A stretch of 64,000 nt of DNA from the human T2T-CHM13v2.0 reference genome, Homo sapiens. The notes under the pieces were generated by a model. That model searched no databases and was not told where the DNA came from. It saw only the letters and a list, made by a program, of their open reading frames with translations. The stretch is taken from the NCBI RefSeq assembly GCF_009914755.1, contig NC_060944.1. One strand, 5' to 3'. Made by a program: the position numbers and the translations under genes. Positions 1-23,283 of this stretch are shown here, piece by piece; the first letter of the stretch is position 1; each line of letters starts with the position of its first letter.

Positions 1-124
1 TAAGCAATCCGGGCTCACAGAGCTGGGTCCAGAATCTCTGAAGAGGCAATGACCCTAACCTGGTGGTAGCGGCCCCAGGGGAATCCAGCCTCTGCTCCAT
101 CTCTCACCACATTCTTCCCCTCAG

Positions 125-318
125 TCACGTCACCAGCAGGAGGCAGCCACGACTCAGCTGGAGCAGCTACATCAGGAGGCAAAGCGACAGGAAGAAGTGC
201 TTGCCAGGGCAGTCCAGGAGAAGGAGGCCCTAGTACGAGAGAAAGCGGCTCTAGAGGTGCGGCTGCAGGCCGTGGAGCGTGACCGGCAGGACCTCGCTGA
301 ACAACTACAGGGGCTCAG
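125..318 (+). CDS. CEP250: CEP250 (C-Nap1) internal coding exon (SRHQQEAATT...EQLQGL)
   Basis: Acceptor tcag| and donor |gtaggg. 194 nt, phase 0-2, coiled-coil sequence in frame with the next exon. Confidence 0.95.
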
Positions 319-539
319 GTAGGGCCCAGACTCAGTTCAGCCAAGCACAGAGAGAGCTTTGCAAGGCAAAGGCGTGAAGCTAAGCTCCCTGCCATAAGTA
401 TGCAGGTCCTAAATTGATTATGAATTTATAATTGCCCCCCTAACTTCTCCAGGTAGCCAATACTTAGAACCCAGCTCCTCTTGAGGAAGGGTAAGGGGCT
501 TGATGGGTAAGAAACTCTTCTGATTCCTGAACCTCACAG

Positions 540-667
540 CTCAGCCAAGGAGCTACTGGAGAGCAGTCTGTTTGAAGCCCAACAACAAAATTCTGTGATA
601 GAGGTCACCAAGGGGCAGCTGGAGGTCCAGATTCAAACTGTCACTCAAGCCAAGGAAGTAATCCAAG
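540..667 (+). CDS. CEP250: CEP250 coding exon (SAKELLESS...KEVIQ)
   Basis: cacag| ... |gtgaga. 128 nt, phase 2-1; overlaps ORF 595..828. Confidence 0.95.
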
Positions 668-869
668 GTGAGAACCCAACTGGGATGGGATGCACTCCAT
701 TCCATGGAGATGTTGAAAGGCAGGAAGATGGTGGGAGACTATTAGAGGTCCTTCTCCAGCAGGGTGCAGGGCCTCTGAGATGGGAGTTGCTCATGAGGTC
801 AGGGGAGAGGGAGAATTTTATTAGGTAAAAGGAGGGGGCGGAGGCCTGATCCTGTCCCTGGCATGTTAG

Positions 870-1039
870 GGGAAGTGAGGTGCCTGAAGCTGGAACTGGA
901 CACTGAACGGAGTCAGGCAGAGCAGGAGCGGGATGCTGCAGCCAGACAGCTGGCCCAGGCTGAGCAAGAAGGGAAGACTGCCTTGGAGCAGCAGAAGGCA
1001 GCCCATGAGAAAGAGGTGAACCAGCTCCGGGAGAAATGG
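870..1039 (+). CDS. CEP250: CEP250 coding exon (EVRCLKLE...LREKW)
   Basis: ttag| ... |gtaagt. 170 nt, phase 1-0. Confidence 0.95.
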
Positions 1040-1429
1040 GTAAGTGGTCAATGTGGCCGGGTATGGCCTCCCTTCCATGAGTGCTCTACCTGCTGCCTCT
1101 TGGTCCAGTTATTGCTGCTCGTATGAGTGAAATTTTGTAACCAAGCTGTAAAATCCAACTTCCTGCTATTAAATGAGTTAATATATGAAAAGCACTAAGA
1201 GTAGTTCCTAGCATGTGGTGGGCTCCCTATATGTGTTAGCCATTATTATTGTTGTTGTGTTGGTGTGTACAGAGAATTGAGAGTGGACCCTGGGATTTAG
1301 GATTATTAAACTGGCCTCAGGATGAAAACGGGGGAGAGGAATATCTTGGATGCATTCTTGTGCAGTTCAGAACTGTGTTTTGTCTTTTAATAATGTAATT
1401 TAGTCCATTTGGTTTTATTGTGGTTTTAG

Positions 1430-4560
<3,131 letters not shown>

Positions 4561-5649
4561 CTTTTCCTACTTTCTTCTCTCTTTCTGTACTCTGGTTAGT
4601 TGTATGTCAGACCTTTTTACTCTATCCTTCATGTATCTTCACTGCCTCTTGCATTTTACATGTTTACTTTTCTCTTTGTATGCTGTGTTCTGGATTATTT
4701 TTTTCAGATCTCTCATCTAGTTACTGATTTTCCTTTTCAGCTGTGTCGAATCTGATGTTTATTCTATTCACCAAGTTTTAAATTTCACTTTTTAAATTTT
4801 TTATTTCTAGATATTTTATTTGGTTATTTTTTCATATCTTCTTGGTCATTTTTTTCAGTCTGTTTTCCCTAATTTGTATTTTCAGTCCATTCTTTTAAAC
4901 ATATGAAACATACTTGTGTCCTGTCTAGTAATTCCAATAACTTTTAATTAACGTTTTGGGGTCTAGTTCTGTAATTTGTTGTTTCTGTTGGCTCTTACTC
5001 ATGGGCTTGTTTCCCTGTGTTTTTGTGATTCTTGTCTATGAGCATGTCTTTGGAAATTTTCCTTTTTTTTTCTTTTTTCTTTTTTTCTTTTTTCCCCCAG
5101 AGACCTTTGTTCTGAGGAAGGTTTTCTGTGGGAATCTTTTTAGGCCTGAGGCAAAGGAGTTTTTCCTCAGAGGATTTGTGCTTCTGTCAGGAAGCTGGAG
5201 GACTAGCATCCCAGGACCACCTTAAAGTAAATTTTCTGTTTAAAGTTTTTTGACCCACAGTCAGGCCCAGACCCCATGTGCAGCTCAGCTTGTGGTTATG
5301 AATTTTCAGAGGAGACTTTTTTCCTACCCTGTATCAAAGTTGAGATAAGCATATTTCCTTGATAATTTCCTTCTATAGAGTTTATTTTGTTTTGTCCCCT
5401 CTCCACATCCCTCCAGTTTCTCTTTTTCTCCCTTCCTCCCCATGTCCTCCTTCTTTTTGCCTTTTCCCCCTTAAGCTGAGGTCACTACAGCCCAGAGATA
5501 GGCATTTTTTTTTTTCTTTCTAGAGATGGACTATCACTATGTTGCTCAGTCTGATCTTGAACTCCTGGGCTCAAGGGATCCTCCTGTCTCAGCCTCCTGA
5601 GTAGCTGGGACCACAGGCACAGTCCACCATGTCTGGCTTTTTGTTAAGG

Positions 5650-6360
<711 letters not shown>

Positions 6361-6369
6361 CAGTCCAGA

Positions 6370-11233
<4,864 letters not shown>

Positions 11234-11528
11234 TTAAAACCCAGATACTTGTAGCATATATAAGGGACAATTGCAGTTTGGAAGGTACTTCCACATGTAT
11301 TATATAATTTTATTTTTTAAAATGAATCTCATTTGGTTGTCATGAAATTTGGTAAGATAGATAAGGCAGGGAATATTAGCCTTGCTTTACAGATGAGGCA
11401 ACAGGCTTAGAGAGGTACCAAGGTCACCCCACTAGTGAGTAGTAGAGAGACTTTGTTTTTCCAATCCAGTACCCCTGCCTCCCCTCCTCACCCATTTGGT
11501 TCTAATGGTGTTTCCTTCATGTGGCCAG

Positions 11529-11696
11529 GAGAAGGAGCGCTCCTGGCACCAGCAGGAGCTGGCAAAGGCTCTGGAGAGCTTAGAAAGGGAAAAAATGGAG
11601 CTGGAAATGAGGCTAAAGGAGCAGCAGACAGAAATGGAGGCCATCCAGGCCCAGAGGGAAGAAGAACGGACCCAGGCAGAGAGTGCCCTATGCCAG
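11529..11696 (+). CDS. CEP250: CEP250 coding exon (EKERSW...SALCQ)
   Basis: ccag| ... |gtggga. 168 nt, phase 0-0. Confidence 0.95.
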
Positions 11697-12103
11697 GTGG
11701 GAAGCTAGGAGGATTGGAGCTGCACGTCCAGTCAGCGATCTCCTTACCTTGACCACTTCCTTTTCTACTCCCAAGAGGAGTGCTGCAGAGGGGCTTCCAG
11801 AAGAGAGGGTAGCTACCCACTTTGCTAACAGTGAGCAGGGTGGTCCGCACCATTAGCCACAGTTCCGGCAGTATGTCATACTTCCTGAGGGAGGGCTGAC
11901 ATGTACCACATCCTGTCAGCTTGCAAACCAGTGGTAATCTTTGCACTTCCTTGTTCTGAACCCATGGGCTCAGACCTTCCTTTGCCCTCAGCCCCTTCCC
12001 ATTTGCTAGGAGAGCCCTAGGGCAGCTGGGATGTGCTTGTGGCCTCGTTGGTGAGCATGGTAATCCTGAGCCCACAAGCTGTTACCCCCCTACCCCTCCA
12101 CAG

Positions 12104-12238
12104 ATGCAGCTGGAAACAGAGAAGGAGAGAGTATCCCTCCTGGAGACACTGCTGCAGACGCAGAAGGAGCTAGCAGATGCCAGCCAACAACTGGAACGAC
12201 TGAGGCAGGACATGAAAGTCCAGAAATTAAAGGAGCAG
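12104..12238 (+). CDS. CEP250: CEP250 coding exon (MQLETEKE...KLKEQ)
   Basis: acag| ... |gtatgg. 135 nt, phase 0-0. Confidence 0.95.
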
Positions 12239-12269
12239 GTATGGAGGGTGGTCTCGGGAGTAGGGGAGA

Positions 12270-13954
<1,685 letters not shown>

Positions 13955-14321
13955 TGATTTATTTATATATACGTATACATATGTATATACATATATGTAT
14001 ATGTATTCTCTACTCTCCTGAGTAGAGAATAGTGTGTGTGTGTTTTTAGGGGATCGTGGCATCAAGTGGAAGTAGGGATATGGTTAGGAGACTGTTTCCA
14101 TGGTCTAGGTGAGAGACTATTACCAATTCATGGACTCTGACCAAGAAACCTGGGTGAGCCAGTGCACTTTGTGAGGGAGGAGAGGGACTAGGAAGTGAGA
14201 AGGTGAGGTGGAAACAATGTGGATTGCTGGCTCCTGCCTCAGCTTTTGCCACCCCACCAAAAAAACCAGTATTTCTATGACACAGATTTCCTCTACTCAA
14301 TGATTTCTTATCCCTCTTCAG

Positions 14322-14465
14322 GAGACCACTGGGATACTACAGACCCAGCTCCAGGAGGCTCAACGGGAGCTGAAGGAGGCAGCCCGGCAGCACAGAGATG
14401 ACCTTGCTGCCCTCCAAGAAGAGAGCAGCTCCCTGCTGCAGGATAAGATGGACCTGCAGAAGCAG
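14322..14465 (+). CDS. CEP250: CEP250 coding exon (ETTGILQ...DLQKQ)
   Basis: ttcag| ... |gtcccc (weak donor). 144 nt, phase 0-0. Confidence 0.92.
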
Positions 14466-15416
14466 GTCCCCTCCTCCTCCCCACCAAGTCCCATGGTCCT
14501 TCCCCAACACAGCCAGGCTTTCCCACTTCCTCTTGCAGGACAGGGAGAACCTTGGCCCTGCTGCCTGGTTTGGGAGGGTAGATGGGTGGGCCACAGTACT
14601 GAGTGGAAAATTAGAGGGTGCTCAGAGTTGAGCATGTGCCTGGCAGAGCCCTGGGATAGTAATCTCTTTCTCTGTAATGGTCACAGAGTTTTTGTTTTCC
14701 CTGGCTGTCTCAGTTTCAATTGTTCTTTCCGTCCTTGCCAAAAATCTAATATTTTTACATACTAGGTTGCTTCTCCTCAGAATCCTATATCAAATGATGT
14801 TCTGACTTTTCATTTTTAAAAAAGCAATCACAATACATGTTTTGCCTTTGGGAGTAGTTATAGTCAGCCTTTTTTTCCTTCTTTTTGGTGGGGGAGACAG
14901 GATTTCACTATGTCGCCCGGGCTGAAGTGCAGATCATAACTCACTGCAGTCTTGACTTCCCAAGCTCAAGCAATTCTCCCACCTCAGCCCCCTGAGTAGC
15001 TGGGACTACAGATGTGTGCCATCACACTGGCTAATTTTTAAATTTTTATAGAGACAGGGTCTCACTATGTTGCCCAGACTGATCTCGAACTCCTGGTCTC
15101 AAGCAGTCTGCTCGCCTTGGCCTCCCAAAGTGTTGAGATTACAGGTGTGAGCCACCGCACCCAGCCCAGCCAAGATTTTTATTTGTGCCTGCCTCTATGC
15201 AGCATATGTGAGGCTGGGAGGCAGATGACCAGGCCGAATTGTATTGAGGAAGGGGGTGGTTAAGAACAGTGTGTAGGAATTGGTAGAATCGCCAGAGCAT
15301 TGGAAATGGCCACTGACTATGGTAAACCTCGAAGGACCCTGAAGCCCTAGGTGAGGAGCATCTTCCCACCGGCCCCCTGCCCTGCCATCTTGGTCTTCAT
15401 GCCCTTAATTTTCCAG

Positions 15417-15550
15417 GTGGAGGACTTGAAGTCTCAGCTGGTGGCCCAGGATGACTCCCAGAGGCTGGTGGAGCAGGAGGTTCAGGAGAAGCTGAGAGAG
15501 ACCCAGGAGTATAACCGAATTCAGAAGGAGCTGGAGAGAGAGAAAGCCAG
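15417..15550 (+). CDS. CEP250: CEP250 coding exon (VEDLKSQ...EREKA)
   Basis: ccag| ... |gtaggc. 134 nt, phase 0-2. Confidence 0.95.
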
Positions 15551-17089
15551 GTAGGCTAGATAGGCCATGGAGGTGGCTTTTGTCTATCTGGCTGCCATGG
15601 TCACTGTGATATTGACAGTTGTTTGCTCAGGCCACCTTGCCTTTCATGTCTGCAACTCTGGGATGTACATGTAGCCATGTGGAGAGGACATGGTTCCTGT
15701 CTTCAAAGCTTGAACTTCATTTATTTAGTAAATATTTCGTGAACGCCTGTTATGCACCAGGCACCATGCTTGGGGATACAGTGATAAACAAGACTGTATG
15801 GTCCCTGCCCCAGTAGAATTTATAGTTTTGTGGGGAAGACATTAATCAAATAATAACTCAAATTATTACAGGTTATGACACATGGAGGAAACAGGGTGAG
15901 AGAGAGAAGAGACTTTAGAACCATTGTTAGGGAAGGCCTTTCTCAGGAAGTTGCATTTAAACTGAGCACTCAGCATGAAGTGGAGCTACCCATGTAAAAG
16001 GGTGAGGGGGAGTTCTATTCCGTAAGAGGAGAAATAATATGCAAAGGCCGTGAGGCAGATAAAAGTTTACAGTGTTAACTGAAAGAGTGGTTGGAGCCTG
16101 ATTGGATTGTAATTGGAGCCTGGTGAATGAGGAGAGTGGCATGAGCTGGGCAGGTCCACAGCATTCAAGATTTGGTAGGCCACAGCAAGGAGTTCGTAGT
16201 TTGAGTTTCATAGGAAACCTCTGGAGAATTTTAAGCAGGGAAATTGATACAATCCAACTTATGATGTATTTGAAGGGATTGTAATGCCATGAGACATCAG
16301 GAGTGAAAGAAGACCATTCAGAGTGAAGAGCAGCTTGTATTCTTAGTGCTGTGGGAATTTGAGAAGGGGATGGGCTGGGTGCTGTGTCCCACGACTGTAA
16401 TCCCAGCACTTTGGGAGGCTGAGGTGGGCAGATCACTTGAGGTCAGGAATTCAAGACCAGCCTGGCCAACATGTCTACTAAAAATACAAAAAAAAATTAG
16501 CTGGGCATGGTGGTGGGTGCCTGTAATGCCAGCTACTTGGAAGGCTGAGGCAGGAGAATTGCTTGAACCAGGAGGTGGAGGTTGCAGTGAGCTGAGATCA
16601 CACCACTGCACTCCAGCCTCGGTGACAGAACGAGACTCCATCTCAAAAAAAGCAAAAAACAACAAAAAAAAGACACAGTTTGAGAAGGGACACATTATTT
16701 TGGTGGTGAATCTAGAGGCAGGAAGACAAGTTAGGCTGGTACAGTTGTCCTGATGAGAGATCCTAAAGCTAAACCAAGGTAGGGTAGTGGGGAAGAGGAG
16801 GAGAGAAGAGAAGAGGTTTAAAGGATGTTAAGGGAGTTAGAATCAATTGTATATAATTATAGATTGGATGTAGGTAGGTTGAAGGGAGAACTCTGGAGTA
16901 GTCAAGGTTCTACGTTAGGACACTGTGTGGATGGAAGTGCCATTCACTGAGCTAGGGAACATAGTAGGAGATGATTGGGTGGACAGGGGAGGAGAGGAAA
17001 GGGATGGGGAAGATTTGGACATGTTGAACGTGAGGTACTAATATAAGGTATGTGTGAAATTTGCCAGAGAAGAATAAGGTTGATAGCTA

Positions 17090-17293
<204 letters not shown>

Positions 17294-17471
17294 CTAGGAG
17301 CACTTATTATAGTAAGTGCTCAATAAATGATAGCTTTTATTGTTACATCATAATCATTATCATTACTATTTCTATTTTGATTATTAATGCTATGTTTAGA
17401 ATACTCAGATGAGAAGGTAATTTTTCATTCCCTAAGAGAATGGCCCAGCACTCTGACCCCTCTCTTTTTAG

Positions 17472-17610
17472 CCTGACTCTGTCACTGATGGAAAAGGAAC
17501 AGAGACTCCTTGTTTTACAAGAAGCTGACTCTATTCGACAACAAGAGCTGAGTGCCCTGCGCCAGGACATGCAGGAGGCCCAGGGAGAACAGAAAGAGCT
17601 CAGTGCTCAG
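17472..17610 (+). CDS. CEP250: CEP250 coding exon (LTLSLMEKE...ELSAQ)
   Basis: tttag| ... |gtactt. 139 nt, phase 2-0. Confidence 0.95.
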
Positions 17611-18613
17611 GTACTTCCCACTCTGGTTATGAGCTCTGCATCCCTGGCAGAAGCCTGATTCTGAAGCGGTGGATTGATTGCTCTGAGTCCTCTCATGGAG
17701 AGGACCCATCTATTTTTCCTGATTACAGGATAGGCTGGTGCCTCAACACCCCTACAGGAGGGGGAAGCCAGGACTAGACAAGGCGGGGGCTTGGGAATCT
17801 GACCCAGAGATGGACATGGCTCCTGTGGGAAACCTGACAGCCCACAGCAAAGTGCACACGGGTGTAGCCCATGCAGGCCTGGTTCCAGCACACCGGCTTC
17901 AAAGTATGCTGGGTCTGGTTGGCAAGATGTAGCAGGGAGAATGAGCAACCAGAAATACTCCAGATCAGGCAGGCAGCAGCAAGACTTCCAGGGACTCAGT
18001 CTGCCCCCATCAGAACCCCAGATATTGTATACAGAGAAAAGATGGAACTAGGAGGGAAGGAATGGGGTGTAAGAGCCAGATGGTGGCTTGCAGGGGTTAA
18101 GGGCACACAGGTTTGGCTGTTCAATGGTCTTGAGTTTGAATGTAAGCTTTCTAATTGTGTGAACGTCAGCTTCTTCATCCATAAAACAAGGGTGAACAAT
18201 TCTTGTTCCTAATTCCTATAACCATTATAGGAATATATAAAGTGTCAGGAACACAATAAGCATTCAATACATGGTAGCTATGTTATTGTGACTGGTCTTA
18301 CTAGGCGCAGCGTCGAGGTTTCAGGGCAGAGTTCTGGTCATAGCAAGGAGCCAGCATATCTGCCCAGGAAGCCAGGGCTGAAGCCCATTAGCATAGCAGC
18401 CTGGGCCCATGTGTTCAGTAGTCGGCAGGCAGCCAGGTGTTAGATCTAGGGTAACACTCATTTCAGAGCCCCTCTACCTGCCTGAGAGCTGAGCTGAAAT
18501 CCTCCCAGCCCTGATCAGAGTTTGTACAAGGATTGAGTGGGGTCTGGCCTGGGAAGGCCTGAGGAGAGGGTATCCGCTTCCTGCTTATATTATGTAAAAT
18601 TCTTCCTTGACAG

Positions 18614-18962
18614 ATGGAATTACTAAGGCAAGAGGTGAAGGAAAAGGAGGCTGACTTTCTGGCCCAGGAAGCACAGCTGCTGGAGGAGCTGGAGGCGTCT
18701 CATATCACGGAGCAGCAGCTGCGAGCCTCCTTGTGGGCCCAGGAAGCCAAGGCAGCCCAACTACAGCTGCGACTGCGCAGCACAGAGAGCCAGCTAGAAG
18801 CGCTGGCCGCAGAGCAGCAGCCCGGGAACCAGGCCCAGGCCCAGGCCCAGCTGGCCAGCCTCTACTCTGCCCTGCAGCAGGCCCTGGGGTCTGTTTGTGA
18901 GAGCAGGCCTGAGCTGAGTGGTGGGGGAGACTCTGCTCCTTCCGTCTGGGGCCTTGAGCCAG
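18614..18962 (+). CDS. CEP250: CEP250 coding exon (MELLRQE...WGLEP)
   Basis: acag| ... |gtgaga. 349 nt, phase 0-1. Confidence 0.96.
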
Positions 18963-19489
18963 GTGAGACAGCCTCCCCAGAACTAGGTCCTTTGGGCCAA
19001 AGCCAGGCCTGGCTCCCAGGGGAAAGGGAGAGGAATGCTATTTGTTAGACCATATTGCTTCAGGGTTAAGATTACATACTTGGGAATTAATTCTGAGTTT
19101 AAGCCCCAGCTCTACCATTTGCTAGCTATGTGTCCTTGGGCAAGTCACCTGTCCTCTCTGAGCTTGATTTTCCTCAACTACAAAATGAGGATGTTAAAAG
19201 TATTTACCTTATAGTTTCACCAAGGAGTTATGAGGTTGCAGATGTGAATCACTTACACGGTTCCTGGCACTTATTAAGTGCGTAATAAGTGATAGCTCGC
19301 ATTAATCTAGCACCCACCATAGTGCCTGGCCCATACTTATGGAGAAAATATGTGATGAGTGAACTGCTGAGAAAGGGGTTCTTTGCGGAGAGGAGGGACC
19401 AGTTGGAAGGACAGGGCTGTGTCTGGAGAGGTCTGGCTGTTTCTTTTCATAGTGGCAGCCAGGTAAGGAGGTTTTCCTCATTTTTTCAG

Positions 19490-19611
19490 ACCAGAATGGA
19501 GCTAGGAGCCTCTTTAAGAGAGGGCCCCTGCTGACTGCTCTCTCCGCTGAGGCAGTAGCATCTGCCCTCCACAAGCTTCATCAAGACCTGTGGAAGACTC
19601 AACAGACCCGG
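19490..19611 (+). CDS. CEP250: CEP250 coding exon (QNGARSLF...TQQTR)
   Basis: ttcag| ... |gtatgt. 122 nt, phase 1-0. Confidence 0.94.
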
Positions 19612-20063
19612 GTATGTTTCTCTGCTCCCCTTTCCCGAACTCTTTACATCCCTGGAAAAGCATGAGGCAAAGGGGTGTGAAGCAGTTTGACCTGTTTTAT
19701 TCCTGAGATCAAGTTGGGATGAGTTTCACCTCTATCACTTACCACCTGGCAACCACAAATGAAGCATTTGAAGTTCCTGGGCCTTGTTTTCCCTTGCAGA
19801 GTAGGGCAGATAGTGCCTGCTCAGGGTTTTGAGGATTAGATGAGAGAGGATCTTGAATGAGCCCTGTAAACCAAAAAACCCTGGGTAGGCCAGGCACGGT
19901 GGCTCATGCCTGTAATCCCAGTGCTTTGGGAGGCTGAGACAGGTGGATCACCTGAGGTCAGGAGTTCAAAATCAGCCTGGCCAACATGGTGAAACCCCAT
20001 CTCTACTAAAAATACAAAAATTAGCCAGAGGTGGCGGTGGGCACCTGTAATCCCAGCTACTCA

Positions 20064-20168
<105 letters not shown>

Positions 20169-20943
20169 TCAAACAAACACAAAAAAACCCTGGGCAGATG
20201 TATGGCATTGTTTTCCATCATCTTCCACTCAGCTATGAATTAATTCTTGGTACCCAGGCTTCCAAGAGAAACCCTAGAAATCAGTGACCACTGAGATTTG
20301 AGGTTGGCATTTATAGGCATGTTCTAGGCCTAGGTCTGAAAGAGCTCATAAATTCCACCTCACAGTGAACCTATCAGTCAATACAAATTGAGTGTCATCC
20401 ATATGTCAGCCACTCTGGGCTGGGTATACAAAAAGGAGAAAGACCTGGTCTCTGCCTAAAGAAGGCTTGTGACATGGTGGAGGAACCAAACTGCATTCTA
20501 CTGGAAAGCAGAACTGAGAGAATTAATTGGATCAATAACAGACGCAAGTGATGCACTGTTGGAACTAGGAGGAGGGGGCAATTCATCCTGATTTGGGAAG
20601 GGTCAGAAGGAAAGAAGAGATGACCTTTGGGCTGAGCTTTGAAGTAGGAGTGTTGAGAGGGAAGTGGTGACCCCTGGGCTAACTTTGAGCAGGAGCTCTG
20701 TTTCAAAAGACATAGATAGGTCAGAAGGGGATGGATTCTCACACTCCATCCAAGTGGAGCAGAGCCTGTCATCACTTCAGGAAGCTAAATACACATGTGT
20801 TTAAAGGAAGTAACCCGGCAATCTGGGAGTAGGTCCACAATGGCGGCCCACCACAGAAGCTGAGAATGAGGAGAGAGCTTGAGCCCTGCATTGTTTTGTG
20901 GAAGATGAGGAACTCACGTTTAGCCATGCCCTTCCTTTCCCAG

Positions 20944-21064
20944 GATGTTCTGAGGGATCAGGTCCAGAAACTGGAAGAGCGTCTAACTGATACTGAGGCT
21001 GAGAAGAGCCAGGTCCACACAGAGTTGCAGGATCTGCAGAGACAGCTCTCCCAGAATCAGGAAG
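20944..21064 (+). CDS. CEP250: CEP250 coding exon (DVLRDQ...SQNQE)
   Basis: ccag| ... |gtgaga. 121 nt, phase 0-1. Confidence 0.95.
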
Positions 21065-21335
21065 GTGAGAAGCTCAAGACAGGCAGGGAGATTGAGAGGG
21101 AGAAGGGATAGGTGGGGAGCCCAGAAGTGGCAGGCACAGGCCTAGCAGCCACTCTGTTTATTTTATTTTATTTTTGAGACGACATCTCACTCTGTCACTC
21201 AGGTTTGAGTACAATGTCACGACTTCGGCTCGCTGCAACCTATGTCTTCCGAGCAGCTAGGATTATAGGCATGCGCCACCACGCCTGGCTAATTTTTTTG
21301 GATTTTTAATAAAGACGGGGTTTCACCATGTTCAC

Positions 21336-22539
<1,204 letters not shown>

Positions 22540-22737
22540 GCCAGGCAAATAGAAGCAGCTGGCATCTGCCAGCTCTTGATGTCCTTGATATCTCTAGGAC
22601 ACTGGATATAATTTTCTCCTTCTTGGCCTTCCTTCCCTTTGAATCTGTTCCCCATCCTCCATCTGCCTCTATATCCCTCTATATCCCAAACATGGGTCTT
22701 ACTCCACTACCTCTCCTCTCCTCTCCTCTTCTCAAAG

Positions 22738-22859
22738 AGAAATCCAAGTGGGAAGGAAAGCAGAACTCCCTAGAATCTGAGCTGATGGAACTACATGAAA
22801 CTATGGCATCCTTACAGAGTCGCCTGCGGAGAGCAGAGCTACAGCGAATGGAAGCCCAG
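22738..22859 (+). CDS. CEP250: CEP250 coding exon (KSKWEGKQ...MEAQ)
   Basis: aaag| after a long pyrimidine tract ... |gtaaag. 122 nt, phase 1-0. Confidence 0.94.
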
Positions 22860-23283
22860 GTAAAGTGGTACTGGTTTCAGGGAGGGGTTTGCCTCAGGAG
22901 TAGTCCCTTGGGCCCACCTTGGCCTGTGGTCCTGTGTCCCACTTCCTTCAGCAAGTCTGTCAGTTCCTCTGGCTGTCTCCATGTCCCTGGGGGCCATTAT
23001 TCAGGTTCCAATGAATCCTCCTTCAATTGCTTTTTCTGAATTGAGGTTGATATTTTTGCCCCTTGTCCTGAAGGACCAGCGTCTCCCCTGGGCATAGCAG
23101 AGTCCTGGAAGGTGGTAGGGATGCCCTTTTACAGTATCAGCTTAAGTGGAATATACCACCACTTTTTTTTTGCCCAAGTCCTTATCACTGCTAGTGCCAC
23201 AAAATAAGAAAGAGAAGGGTCGGTGTTGGGGTGACAGTAGCAGGGAAGTGTAGTCTAAAGTGGCTTTTCATCTTGTCTTCTAG

